64,000 nt of DNA from a bacterium (GTDB lineage: Bacteria > Bacillota_I > Bacilli_A > RFN20 > CAG-826), in contig CAVCSZ010000006.1 in NCBI GenBank assembly GCA_963605025.1, positions 51 to 64,050 on the forward strand, in the 5' to 3' direction. The stretch's first letter is position 1. Every line of letters begins with the position of its first letter. Positions 39,786 through 49,481 of the stretch are shown here, piece by piece. Under the pieces are notes generated by a model that had not been told where the DNA came from, searched no databases, and was given only the letters and a program-made list of their open reading frames with translations. A program made the position numbers and the translations under genes.

Positions 39786-41051
39786 TTATTCAAAATATTC
39801 AAAAACAAAATCATCAAGATATACTGAATCTCCGTCTTTTGCGCCAGCATTTTTTAATGCTTCATCGATTCCTATTTTATTTAAGTAAGTTAATAATTTC
39901 ATCATACCTTCATCGGTTGTTAAATTAATTAAATGATATGTTCTTATTACTCTATCACCAAGAATTCTATAAGTATTTTCATTTTCTTTAACAATATTAA
40001 ATAATTCTTCTTCAGATTCAAGATTATAAATTTTTTCTTTATCTTCCTCTTTATAAATAGGGAATATTGGAGCATTTTGCAATTCTTCATAAGCTTTATA
40101 TAAAACCTTATTTAAACCTTCTTCTACAATTGCGGATATTGGATAAACTTCCTTTTTAACTTGTTCTTTGAATTGTTCTAATTTTTGAATAGAACCTTCT
40201 TCATCCATTTTACTAGCAACAATAATTTCAGGTTTCTTTTCAAGATTCATACCATAACTTTCTAGTTCTTCTCTTATAATTTTATAATCATTATAAGGAT
40301 CTCTAGATGATGACATATCTACCATATGGATTAAAACTCTTGTTCTTTCAATGTGTCTTAAAAACATTAAACCTAATCCTTTTCCAAGATGTGCACCTTC
40401 AATTAATCCTGGCATATCTGCTAAAACAAAGCTACTACCATTATCTAATGATACAACACCTAAATTTGGAACAATTGTTGTAAAATCATAATCACCAATT
40501 TCAGCTTTACAATTACTAACACAACTTATAAATGTTGATTTACCAACACTTGGAAAACCAATAATTCCAACATCTGCTAATAATTTTAACTCTAAAATTA
40601 ATCTTTTTCTTTCTCCAGGAAGTCCATTTTCAGCGATTTTAGGTGCTTTATTACGAGCATTTTTGAATGCTGCATTTCCTCTTCCACCTCTTCCACCTTT
40701 TGCTATTAAAAAGGTTTGTCCTTCTTCTGAAAAATCAAATAAAAATTGATGATTCTCTTCTAAAAATACAACAGTTCCAACTGGTACATCGACATAAATG
40801 TCTTCAGCTTTTCTACCATATTGATTTTTAATATTTCCTTTTTCTCCATCGTTTGCTATAAAAGTTTTGGAAAATCGGAAATTTACTAATGTAGATGCAT
40901 TTTTTGTAGCACGAAAATAGATAGAACCTCCTCTACCACCATTTCCACCACTTGGACCTCCATTTGGTCTAAATTTTTCATGAATAAAAGCGATAGCACC
41001 ATCTCCACCTTTTCCACTTCTTACTTCTATAATTGCACGATCTATAAACAT
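39786..41051 (-). CDS. obg: GTPase Obg
   Basis: 421 aa with the glycine-rich Obg fold (GKGGDGAIAF, GGNGGRGG), G domain GFPSVGKST and DMPG, and a C-terminal OCT-like domain. Confidence 0.95.
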   Translation of the reverse strand: MFIDRAIIEVRSGKGGDGAIAFIHEKFRPNGGPSGGNGGRGGSIYFRATKNASTLVNFRFSKTFIANDGEKGNIKNQYGRKAEDIYVDVPVGTVVFLEENHQFLFDFSEEGQTFLIAKGGRGGRGNAAFKNARNKAPKIAENGLPGERKRLILELKLLADVGIIGFPSVGKSTFISCVSNCKAEIGDYDFTTIVPNLGVVSLDNGSSFVLADMPGLIEGAHLGKGLGLMFLRHIERTRVLIHMVDMSSSRDPYNDYKIIREELESYGMNLEKKPEIIVASKMDEEGSIQKLEQFKEQVKKEVYPISAIVEEGLNKVLYKAYEELQNAPIFPIYKEEDKEKIYNLESEEELFNIVKENENTYRILGDRVIRTYHLINLTTDEGMMKLLTYLNKIGIDEALKNAGAKDGDSVYLDDFVFEYFE

Positions 41052-41071
41052 AAAAATTTACCTTTTAAAAT

Positions 41072-41097
41072 AAAAACCACCTAAACTGGTGGTTTTT
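41072..41097 (-). terminator. rho-independent terminator after rplU-prp-rpmA
   Basis: The minus strand reads AAAAACCACC-AGTTTA-GGTGGTTTTT followed by a U-rich tract. Confidence 0.7.
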
Positions 41098-41101
41098 AAA
41101 A

Positions 41102-41395
41102 CTATTTACTTAATTCGTAAACGCTAACACGTTTTTTATCTTTTCCAACTCTTTCGTATTTAACGATACCTTCTTTTAAAGCAAAGATTGTATCATCGCT
41201 GCCTTTTTTAGTATTGATCCCTGGATAAATTTTTGTTCCGCGTTGTCTATAAATAATTGCACCAGCTTTACAAAATTGACCATCACTTCTTTTAGCACCT
41301 AAACGACGACCAGCACTATCACGACCATTCTTAGTACTACCAACACCTTTATGTGAAGCAAAGAGTTGTAAATCAAGTTCAAAATTAAATTTCAT
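41102..41395 (-). CDS. rpmA: 50S ribosomal protein L27 with cleavable N-terminal extension
   Basis: [27 protein letters not shown]... is the Firmicutes-type pro-L27. An alternative ATG at 41407 would add MVKS. Confidence 0.9.
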   Translation of the reverse strand: MKFNFELDLQLFASHKGVGSTKNGRDSAGRRLGAKRSDGQFCKAGAIIYRQRGTKIYPGINTKKGSDDTIFALKEGIVKYERVGKDKKRVSVYELSK

Positions 41396-41400
41396 ACTTT

Positions 41401-41718
41401 TTACCATCCTTTTTCATTTTTTTCAATTTTAATATATTTAGGAAATTTAAATTCAATATTTTTCAATTGAACTAACATTGTTTCAAGAACAATTTGATCA
41501 TGCATATCTATAAAGCTATTTGTATCAAATTCTATATGTCCTTTTTCAATTTTCACTAAATATTTTTTAACATTTTTCAATGCATTTAATCCACCTATTG
41601 TACATAAGCTTACTGCTGAACAAACGATATCTTTCCCTTCTTCAGCAAAATCAGCATGTCCAATAACTGATATTTTGAGAATTGAATTGTTAATTTCTAA
41701 ATACTTAATATTAATCAT
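41401..41718 (-). CDS. prp: ribosomal-processing cysteine protease Prp (YsxB)
   Basis: 105 aa between rplU and rpmA, with GHADF and VCSAVS motifs. Confidence 0.8.
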   Translation of the reverse strand: MINIKYLEINNSILKISVIGHADFAEEGKDIVCSAVSLCTIGGLNALKNVKKYLVKIEKGHIEFDTNSFIDMHDQIVLETMLVQLKNIEFKFPKYIKIEKNEKGW

Positions 41719-42026
41719 TAAGCATTAATACTTGTGATTGTTAAACAAGTATAAGGTTGTCTGTGACCATATGATCTATGATAATTAGTTTTTGCTTTAT
41801 ATTTGAAAACATCAATTTTTTTGCCTAAGCCTTGTTTTTCAACTTTAGCAACAACTGTAGCACCTTTAACGAAAGGATCGCCAGCTTTGATAGTTTTATC
41901 AGCAACTAATAAAACTTTATCAAATGTAAATTCTTTACCTGCTTCAGCTTCTAATTTTTCAACATAAATTTTTTGACCAACTTCAACTTTAAGTTGTTTT
42001 CCACCAGTTAAAATAATAGCGTACAT
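41718..42026 (-). CDS. rplU: 50S ribosomal protein L21
   Basis: 102 aa, [18 protein letters not shown].... GGAGG lies upstream. Confidence 0.95.
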   Translation of the reverse strand: MYAIILTGGKQLKVEVGQKIYVEKLEAEAGKEFTFDKVLLVADKTIKAGDPFVKGATVVAKVEKQGLGKKIDVFKYKAKTNYHRSYGHRQPYTCLTITSINA

Positions 42027-42128
42027 CTTTCTTCCTCCTATTTTTTAAAAAATTACTCGCTTTCGAGGCACTTTTTTCAAAGTTTAAAACCTCTTTAATG
42101 CGGTTGTAGCTAAAAATAGAGTTACAAC
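42027..42128 (-). promoter_or_regulatory. structured 5' leader of the L21 operon (L21-leader-like)
   Basis: Two hairpins on the minus strand. The first is GTTGTA...TACAAC (42103-42128). The second is CTCG-AAAG-CGAG (42056-42067), followed by UAAUUUUUU just before the RBS. A TATAAT (42129-42134, minus strand) lies directly upstream. Confidence 0.5.
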
Positions 42129-42178
42129 ATTATAAATATATCATAATGAAAAGAATAAGTAAAGTAAATTTTAGTTTT

Positions 42179-42361
42179 TTAACCCCATTGGAATTGATAT
42201 CCACCAGGTAATTTAATATTTCCTTCTTCTGAAGTAAAGAATCGATAAATTGCAACAGCAAGTAAACCAATCGCCATAATTGCAATAACTGTTGCAAGAG
42301 AAATTGGTTCACCTGGTCTTATTGATTCTAATTCTTCTAAAGATAATTTTGTTTTGTACAT
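42179..42361 (-). CDS. small single-pass membrane protein, unknown function
   Basis: 60 aa: MYKTKLSLEELESIRPGEPISLATVIAIMAIGLLAVAIYRFFTSEEGNIKLPGGYQFQWG. Strong RBS (AAGGAGG, 5 nt before the ATG at 42361). The track start at 42382 lacks an RBS. Confidence 0.6.
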   Translation of the reverse strand: MYKTKLSLEELESIRPGEPISLATVIAIMAIGLLAVAIYRFFTSEEGNIKLPGGYQFQWG

Positions 42362-42410
42362 TTTTACCTCCTTATATATCAAGAAGGTGTTAAAAAATAA
42401 AATTTACAAA

Positions 42411-44987
42411 TTATTTAATTTTTTTTAAAATTTCTTCTTTTTGTGATAAATAATTTTGATATTTATTTTTTTCTAAATTAACTTTTTCTTGTGAAGCTTT
42501 TGATAAGAAATTTTGATTATTTAATAAGTTTTCACTACGTTTAATTTCGCTTTCAATTTTTTGTAATTGTTCTTGTAATTTTTTGTTTAATTCTTCTTTA
42601 TTGATATTATCATCGATATAAATAACTAAATTATTTAAAACAATACTATTCATATCTTTATAATCTTGATTTACAAATTCTAATGAAGATGCAAATGTGA
42701 ATCTAGCAATGTATTCTTTTAAAGATGTTAAATCAATTTTAGAATTAATTTTTAAACTCAATTTATGATTTGGAGTTAATGAATTTTCTACTTTATATGC
42801 TCTAATTTTTTCGATAATATTTTTAACTGAATTGATTCTTTCAATTATTAAATTATTATCTTTATAATCTTTAAATAAAGGATATGTTTCAAGCATAATA
42901 GATTCTTTATGTTTGCTTAAATTTAAATATATTTCTTCACTAATAAATGGAGCAAATGGATGAATAATTATACAAATATCTTTTAATGTTTTAGTTAATG
43001 TATAATAAACGCTTTCTTTATTAAATGAATCTTCTTGTAATGAAACTTTAGATAATTCAATATAGAAATCACAGAAAGTATCATAAACAAAATCATATAA
43101 AATACTACTTGCTATACCAAATTCATATTTTTCCATAGCTTGAGTAACTTTTAATGTTGTTTCATCAAGTTTTAAAAGAACATATTTATCTAAATCGTTT
43201 AAAGAATCAAAATCTAATTCTTTAAATTCATAATTTTCAGGAATATTCATTAAAGCAAATCTAGCAACATTCCAAATTTTATTTAAATATTGATTAGCAG
43301 CTTTAACTTTTTCTTCACTATATCTCATATCAAGACCAGGAGCTGCTGTTGTTGATAAGAAATATCTTAAACTATCTGTACCATAATCTTCGATTACTTT
43401 AACAGGATCAATACCATTTCCTAAAGATTTTGACATTTTTCTACCTTGTGAATCTCTAACAATTCCATGTATTACAACATCTTTGAAAGGTATATTATTT
43501 GTAAAATGTAAACCTTGGAAAATCATTCTTGAAACCCAGAAGAAAATAATATCATATCCTGTTACTAAAGTATTTGTAGGATAATAACGTTTATAATCTT
43601 CACTTTCATTTGGCCATCCTAATGTTGCAAATGGCCATAAAGCACTTGAAAACCATGTATCTAAGACATCTTCATCTTGATAATAATCACTTCCTGGAGA
43701 AGTTTTAGATACAACAATAGAAGTTGGATCATCTTTTTTATACCATACTGGTATTCTATGTCCCCACCATAATTGACGAGAAATACACCAATCATCTATA
43801 TTTGATAACCATCTTGTTAAGACGTTTTCAAATCTTGGAGGATAAAAATTAACTTTATTTTCAGTTTGTTGATTTTTTAAAACACGATCTGCTAATGGTT
43901 GCATTTTTACAAACCATTGTTTAGATAAAATTGGTTCAACAATAGCGTCACTTCTTTCGCTATGACCAACATTATGCATAATTTTTTCAATTTTTATTAA
44001 ATCACCATTATTTTTAATATCTTCAACTAATGTTTTTCTACATTCTTCACGAGTTAATTTTGAATATTTTCCAAGACCATCAATCATAGTTCCATCAATA
44101 TTCATAATAACAGGATGATCAAAACCATATTTTTCACCAATGATAAAATCATTTGGATCATGAGCTGGAGTACATTTCATAGCACCAGTTCCAAAATTAA
44201 TATCTACATATTCATCAGCAATAACAGGTAATAAATCTCCATTTGCAGGATTTATAACTTTTTTACCAATAATATCTTTATATCTATCATCATTTGGATT
44301 TACAACAATACAAGTATCTCCAAACATTGTTTCAGGTCTAGTTGTAGCAATTTCTAAGAATTTTTCTTTATCATGTTCAAATCTATATTTAAAATAATAA
44401 AAACTACCTTCTTCTTCTTTATAATTAATTTCAATATTACTTAATGCAGTTTTCATTTGAGGATCATAATTAACAATTCTTGTTCCTTGATAAATTAATC
44501 CTTCATCATATAAAGTTTTAAAAACAGTAAAAACAGCATCTTGGAAGCCATCATCTAAAGTGAATCTTTCTCTACTATAATCAATCATTAAACCCATTTT
44601 TTCCCATTGAGAATGAATGATATCACTATGTTCTTCTTTCCATTTAAATGCTTCTTTTAAGAATGCTTCTCTTCCAATATCATATCTACTAATACCTTCA
44701 GATTTTAATTTAGCATCAACTTTTGCTTGAGTAGCAATTCCTGCATGATCAACTCCAGGAAGATATAAAACATCAAAACCTTTTAATTTTTTATATCTTG
44801 CAATAATATCTTGGAAAGTATTATCAATTGCGTGACCAATATGTAAAACACCAGTTACATTTGGTGGAGGAATAACCATTGCAAATGGAAGTTTAGATGT
44901 ATCACCTGCTTTAAAATATCCAGCGTCTTTCCATTTTTTTACTCTTCCTTCTTCTATTTGTTTAAAATCATATCTTTTATCAAGCAT
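42411..44987 (-). CDS. valS: valine--tRNA ligase
   Basis: 858 aa with the HIGH-type motif (LHIGHA), KMSKS and a C-terminal coiled coil. Confidence 0.95.
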   Translation of the reverse strand: MLDKRYDFKQIEEGRVKKWKDAGYFKAGDTSKLPFAMVIPPPNVTGVLHIGHAIDNTFQDIIARYKKLKGFDVLYLPGVDHAGIATQAKVDAKLKSEGISRYDIGREAFLKEAFKWKEEHSDIIHSQWEKMGLMIDYSRERFTLDDGFQDAVFTVFKTLYDEGLIYQGTRIVNYDPQMKTALSNIEINYKEEEGSFYYFKYRFEHDKEKFLEIATTRPETMFGDTCIVVNPNDDRYKDIIGKKVINPANGDLLPVIADEYVDINFGTGAMKCTPAHDPNDFIIGEKYGFDHPVIMNIDGTMIDGLGKYSKLTREECRKTLVEDIKNNGDLIKIEKIMHNVGHSERSDAIVEPILSKQWFVKMQPLADRVLKNQQTENKVNFYPPRFENVLTRWLSNIDDWCISRQLWWGHRIPVWYKKDDPTSIVVSKTSPGSDYYQDEDVLDTWFSSALWPFATLGWPNESEDYKRYYPTNTLVTGYDIIFFWVSRMIFQGLHFTNNIPFKDVVIHGIVRDSQGRKMSKSLGNGIDPVKVIEDYGTDSLRYFLSTTAAPGLDMRYSEEKVKAANQYLNKIWNVARFALMNIPENYEFKELDFDSLNDLDKYVLLKLDETTLKVTQAMEKYEFGIASSILYDFVYDTFCDFYIELSKVSLQEDSFNKESVYYTLTKTLKDICIIIHPFAPFISEEIYLNLSKHKESIMLETYPLFKDYKDNNLIIERINSVKNIIEKIRAYKVENSLTPNHKLSLKINSKIDLTSLKEYIARFTFASSLEFVNQDYKDMNSIVLNNLVIYIDDNINKEELNKKLQEQLQKIESEIKRSENLLNNQNFLSKASQEKVNLEKNKYQNYLSQKEEILKKIK

Positions 44988-44991
44988 ATTT

Positions 44992-45594
44992 TTACCTCTT
45001 TACATATTGATTTAATTTATCTATAAAATTATTTAATAGTTTTCCATTTTTTATACTAACTAAAAAATAATTATTTTTATTAAATTCATTAAAACTTTGA
45101 ATTAAGTTTTTTTCTATTTTTGACCTTTCACTCATATTTGCTTTATCAGCTTTAGTCATAACAATAATGAATGGTATATTATTAATTTTTAAAAAATCAT
45201 ATAACATAACATCTTCCTCATTTGGTATTCTTCTACTATCAAGTAAAAAAATAACAACTTTTAAATTAGGATTATTACTTAAATAATTTTCAAGCATATC
45301 TCCATAAAATTTATAATCTTTTCCTTTTTCGCTAGAAAATCCATAACCTGGAGCATCTACTAGATAAAATAAATCATCTATTAAATAATAATTTAATAAT
45401 CTAGTGTGCCCAGGTTTACTTGATACAAATGCTAATTTTGAATTATTTGTTATAGCATTTATAAGTGAAGATTTTCCAACATTACTACGTCCAACAAAAA
45501 GAACCTCGTTTAATTTTAAACTAGGAGCATCAGTTTCAAAGTTAACAACTGATTTAATAAATTTTGCTTTTTTGTAGTAATTTATTTCATTCAT
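44992..45594 (-). CDS. engB: ribosome biogenesis GTPase EngB/YsxC
   Basis: GRSNVGKSSLINA, DAPGYG and TKADK motifs. The track start at 45618 is TTG and overlaps lon. The ATG at 45594 lies 5 nt after the lon stop. Confidence 0.9.
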   Translation of the reverse strand: MNEINYYKKAKFIKSVVNFETDAPSLKLNEVLFVGRSNVGKSSLINAITNNSKLAFVSSKPGHTRLLNYYLIDDLFYLVDAPGYGFSSEKGKDYKFYGDMLENYLSNNPNLKVVIFLLDSRRIPNEEDVMLYDFLKINNIPFIIVMTKADKANMSERSKIEKNLIQSFNEFNKNNYFLVSIKNGKLLNNFIDKLNQYVKR

Positions 45595-45599
45595 ATAAT

Positions 45600-47933
45600 T
45601 TATTTTTTTGTAAAACAAACTTCAATTGCATCATCTACATTATTCATGTAAACAATATTTAAATTATTTTTAATTTCTTTTGGAAGTTCTTCGATATTTT
45701 TCTTGTTTAATTTTGGAACAATAATAGTTTTTATTCCACTTCTTAATGCTGCAAGTGATTTTTCTCTTAAACCACCAATTGGTAAAGCATGGCCTCTTAA
45801 ATTGACTTCACCAGTCATAGCAATATCACATGATACAGGTTTTTTACTTAAAGCACTTATAATTGCAGTTGTAATTGCAATACCAGCACTTGGACCATCT
45901 TTTGGAATAGCACCTTCAGGAACGTGAATATGAATATCATTTTTTGTAAATAATTTAGGATCTATTTCATATTTTTTTGCGTTAGCTTTTACATAATCTA
46001 AAGCAATAGAGCAAGATTCTTTCATAACATTTCCTAAATTACCAGTTATAATTAATCCACCTTTTCCTTCAAAATAATTTACTTCAATAGGTAAAATATC
46101 TCCACCATATTGAGTATAAGCAAGTCCAGTTACAATTCCAACTTGAGATTTTCTTTCTTTTTCAGTATTATCAAATATTTCAACACCTAAATATTTTTTA
46201 ACTTTTTTAACATCAATATTTAATTTAATATCATTTTCATTTTTATTTAATTCTTCAATAATACCTTTTCTTAAACATGTTCCAATTTTTCTTGATAAAT
46301 CTCTAACACCAGCTTCACGAGTATATCTTTCGATTATATATTCGATTGCTTCTTTTGAAAAATTAATATTTTCAGGAATTAAACCAATATTTTTACATTC
46401 TTTTTTAATTAAATGTTTTTCACCAATATTTTCTTTTTCAAATAAAGTATATGAATCAATTGGTATTAATTCTAATCTATCTCTTAATGGTTCAGGAACA
46501 TTTTCAAGATAATTACAAGTACAAATAAATAATACTTCACTTAAATCTATTTCTACTTCAATGTAGTTATCTCTAAAATGTGAATTTTGTTCAGGATCTA
46601 AAACTTCAAGTAATGCACTTGCAGGATCACCTTTAAATGAATTTTGTGATAATTTATCAATTTCATCTAAACACATTACTGGATTTTTAACGCCAGATTT
46701 TATTAATGAAGAAATGATTCTACCTGGTTTACTTCCAACATAAGTTCTTCTATGACCTCTAATTTCGCCTTCATCGCTAATTCCACCTAAAGAACATTTA
46801 ATAAATTCTCTTCCTAAAGCTTTTGCGATAGAAATTGATAAAGATGTTTTACCAGTTCCTGGAGGACCATAAAAACATATAACAGGAGCTTTGAGATTAC
46901 CATTTAATTTTTTAATTGCAAGATATTCTAAAATTCTTTCTTTAGCTTTATCAAGTCCATAATGATCATCGTCTAAAACTTTTTTAGAATTTTTTAAATC
47001 ATCATTATCTTTTGTAACTTTATCAAATGGAATTTTTAATAATGTATCTAAATAATCTAAAATTAAACCATATTCTAATGTACCATTTGGAATAGCATTT
47101 AATCTTGATAATTCATAATTAACTTTTTCTTCTACTTCTTTTGGTAATTTTAATTTAGAAGCCTTTTCTTTAATTTTATCTTCTTCAGATTCATTTCCTT
47201 CATTTAATTCATCTTTAATTGCTTTTAATTGTTCTCTTAAATAATATTCTTTTTGTTGTTTTTGAGAATTTTCTTTAACAGTTTCTTGAATTTTATTATC
47301 AATTTCAACTCTTAATTTTACAATTTCAAAATCTTTTATTAAAAGTTCAATTCTTGATAAAACATCTTTTGCTTCTAATAATTCTTGTTTTTTTAAGTAA
47401 TCAAGTTTAATTGCGGATGAAAATAAATATGATAAATCTAATGCATTTAAACCTTTTTCAATTGAATCATAGAATTTTTTAGGTTGTTTTCCAAAGAAAG
47501 TTTCAAGAGTTTCATTTTTAAAATATTCTGATAATTTTTCAACATAAATTTGTTCAACATTTAAATCATCACTTGTAACATCAGGATATTCAATTGCTTT
47601 AGCGTATACCGCTTTATTATTAGTTTGTAATTCTTTAATTAAAACTCTTGAGTATGGATGTAATGAGACTCTTAAAATATTGTTATTATAAGAATCTTGT
47701 TTTATGATTTTACACTTAGTACCTACTAAATAAATATCATTGATATCATTTACTTCTTCTAATTTTAAATCTTTTTGACTGACAACATATATTTCTTTTT
47801 TAGTATTTAAAGCGTCTAAAAGAGAGTTTTTAGAAAACTCTCTTTCAACGTAAACTATATTATCATTATTTGGATAAAGGACTAAACCTCTTGTAATTAG
47901 GATAGGCAATAATTCTTCTTTAATTTCATTCAT
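45600..47933 (-). CDS. lon: ATP-dependent Lon protease
   Basis: 777 aa with Walker A GPPGTGKTS and the protease Ser site DGPSAGIAI. AAGGAGG lies upstream. Confidence 0.95.
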   Translation of the reverse strand: MNEIKEELLPILITRGLVLYPNNDNIVYVEREFSKNSLLDALNTKKEIYVVSQKDLKLEEVNDINDIYLVGTKCKIIKQDSYNNNILRVSLHPYSRVLIKELQTNNKAVYAKAIEYPDVTSDDLNVEQIYVEKLSEYFKNETLETFFGKQPKKFYDSIEKGLNALDLSYLFSSAIKLDYLKKQELLEAKDVLSRIELLIKDFEIVKLRVEIDNKIQETVKENSQKQQKEYYLREQLKAIKDELNEGNESEEDKIKEKASKLKLPKEVEEKVNYELSRLNAIPNGTLEYGLILDYLDTLLKIPFDKVTKDNDDLKNSKKVLDDDHYGLDKAKERILEYLAIKKLNGNLKAPVICFYGPPGTGKTSLSISIAKALGREFIKCSLGGISDEGEIRGHRRTYVGSKPGRIISSLIKSGVKNPVMCLDEIDKLSQNSFKGDPASALLEVLDPEQNSHFRDNYIEVEIDLSEVLFICTCNYLENVPEPLRDRLELIPIDSYTLFEKENIGEKHLIKKECKNIGLIPENINFSKEAIEYIIERYTREAGVRDLSRKIGTCLRKGIIEELNKNENDIKLNIDVKKVKKYLGVEIFDNTEKERKSQVGIVTGLAYTQYGGDILPIEVNYFEGKGGLIITGNLGNVMKESCSIALDYVKANAKKYEIDPKLFTKNDIHIHVPEGAIPKDGPSAGIAITTAIISALSKKPVSCDIAMTGEVNLRGHALPIGGLREKSLAALRSGIKTIIVPKLNKKNIEELPKEIKNNLNIVYMNNVDDAIEVCFTKK

Positions 47934-47973
47934 TATGAATGTGTCCTCCTTTAATAATATAAATTAAATTTAA

Positions 47974-49365
47974 TTATTTTGATTTTTTATCTGATGCTTT
48001 TTTTGGAGCAGCTTTTTTAGCAGGAGCTTTTTTTGGAGCAGCTTCTTTTTTAGCAGTTTCTTTCTTTTCTTCTTTGACTTCTTTATTATTTCCTAAGTTA
48101 TTTAAAATAATAAATCTTTCAATTTTATTTTGATATAAATTATTTGCTAAACCACTTTCATTAGCACCTAAAGCTTTTTTAATATCTTCAACTTTCATAC
48201 CATATTTATTAGCTAAATCAGCATAATAAGCTTCGATATCATCTTTTGTAATTGTTAAATGTTCAGCTCTTCCAATTTCATTTAAAACACAATATTCTTT
48301 AACTCTATTTAAAGCATTTGATTTTAAATTTTTATTGAATTGTTCTTCATTTAAACCAGTGATTTCTTTATACATTTCAAAAGTTAAACCATTTTGTTCA
48401 ATTTGAGCAATAGTTTGTCTTCTTTCTTCTTCAGCTTCAGCTTCAACTAAACGATCTGAAATTTCAAATTCAGAACCATTAACAATAGCTTCCATTAATT
48501 TAGCAAATTGTTTATTTTTAGCGTCATTTTCTTTAGCTTTTAATAAATCATTTTTCTTATGTTCTTTATATTGATCTAAAGTTGTAATACCTTCTAAACC
48601 TAAAGATGCTACAAATTCATCATCTAATTTTGGTTCTTTTTTAGCTTTAATTTCATGAATTGTACAAACAAATTTAGCTTTTTTACCTGCTAATTCTTTA
48701 ATATATTGTTCTGGGAAAGTAATTTCAACATCTTTTTTAGATTCACTTGTAACACCAACTAATTGATCTTCAAATCCTGGAACAAATTGATTTGAACCTA
48801 AAACTAATTGATAATTTTCAGCACTTCCACCTTCAAATTCTTTACCATCAACATAACCTTTGAAATCAAAAACGACTGTATCACCAATTTCAGCAGCGCC
48901 ATCTTTTAAAACGAGTTCAGCATTATCTTTTAATGCTTGTTCTAAAGCTTTTGAAATTTCTTCAGCACTTACTTTTACTTTTTCAAGTGGGATTTCAATA
49001 TCTTTATATTGTCCTAATTTACATGAAGGAGCAGTATAAATTTTGAATTTTAAAGTAATACCATCTTCTTTATAATCAGTACAATCAACTTCTGGTTGGA
49101 AATTTGGTACTAATTTATGTTCTTTTAAAATTTCTTGATATGCTGGATTGATTGATTGATTGATTGTTTCATTAATTAAATCCATTGGATTAATTCTTTT
49201 CTTAGCTAATTCTAATGGAGCTTGTCCTTTTCTAAATCCTTTAATAGTAACATTTGAAACTAATTTTTTTAAAGCTTTATCACTAGCTTTTGCTAAATCA
49301 GCACCTTTAACTACTACACTAACTTCATAACATGATGAAGCAACTTTTTTTAATTCACTTGCCAT
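47974..49365 (-). CDS. tig: trigger factor with Lys/Ala/Pro-rich C-terminal tail
   Basis: Ribosome-binding signature GFRKGQAP, an FKBP-like middle domain and a C-terminal arm. The track start at 49386 is TTG. The ATG at 49365 has GGAGGA 8 nt upstream. Confidence 0.9.
   Translation of the reverse strand: MASELKKVASSCYEVSVVVKGADLAKASDKALKKLVSNVTIKGFRKGQAPLELAKKRINPMDLINETINQSINPAYQEILKEHKLVPNFQPEVDCTDYKEDGITLKFKIYTAPSCKLGQYKDIEIPLEKVKVSAEEISKALEQALKDNAELVLKDGAAEIGDTVVFDFKGYVDGKEFEGGSAENYQLVLGSNQFVPGFEDQLVGVTSESKKDVEITFPEQYIKELAGKKAKFVCTIHEIKAKKEPKLDDEFVASLGLEGITTLDQYKEHKKNDLLKAKENDAKNKQFAKLMEAIVNGSEFEISDRLVEAEAEEERRQTIAQIEQNGLTFEMYKEITGLNEEQFNKNLKSNALNRVKEYCVLNEIGRAEHLTITKDDIEAYYADLANKYGMKVEDIKKALGANESGLANNLYQNKIERFIILNNLGNNKEVKEEKKETAKKEAAPKKAPAKKAAPKKASDKKSK
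47996..48044. repeat. direct 19-nt repeat (period 30 nt) inside the tig 3' end
   Basis: GCTTTTTTTGGAGCAGCTT occurs at 47996-48014 and again at 48026-48044. It encodes the repeated AAPKKA units. Confidence 0.9.
49147..49166. repeat. tetranucleotide repeat (ATTG)5, which is (CAAT)5 in the tig sense strand
   Basis: Read directly at 49147-49166. It encodes INQSIN within trigger factor. Confidence 0.9.
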
Positions 49366-49481
49366 TTTTATTATCCTCCGAAACAATTGAAATAACTACG
49401 AGACCATTTTTTTACTCGCTTTTAAAAATATATCATAAATTGAATATTTTTTAAATTAAAATATAAATAATTTTTAAATAT

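Noticed and set aside
42130-42312. A 60-aa track ORF overlapping the small membrane protein gene in another frame.
   Set aside because: It has no RBS, it runs into the rplU promoter/leader region, and the alternative frame (42179-42361) has a strong AAGGAGG site and a clean TM helix.
1860-45927. Fourteen 60-107-aa track ORFs lying antisense inside conserved genes: 1860-2051, 2854-3057, 7978-8172, 9740-9925, 14278-14601, 17961-18239, 22038-22229, 24908-25153, 26685-26894, 28976-29191, 32204-32524, 33119-33352, 39362-39598 and 45703-45927.
   Set aside because: Each is fully embedded opposite a gene with clear family motifs. Their translations are low-complexity (Phe/Ile/Ser/Leu-rich), and none has an RBS or a -10 element at a sensible distance. 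They are most simply explained as shadow ORFs.
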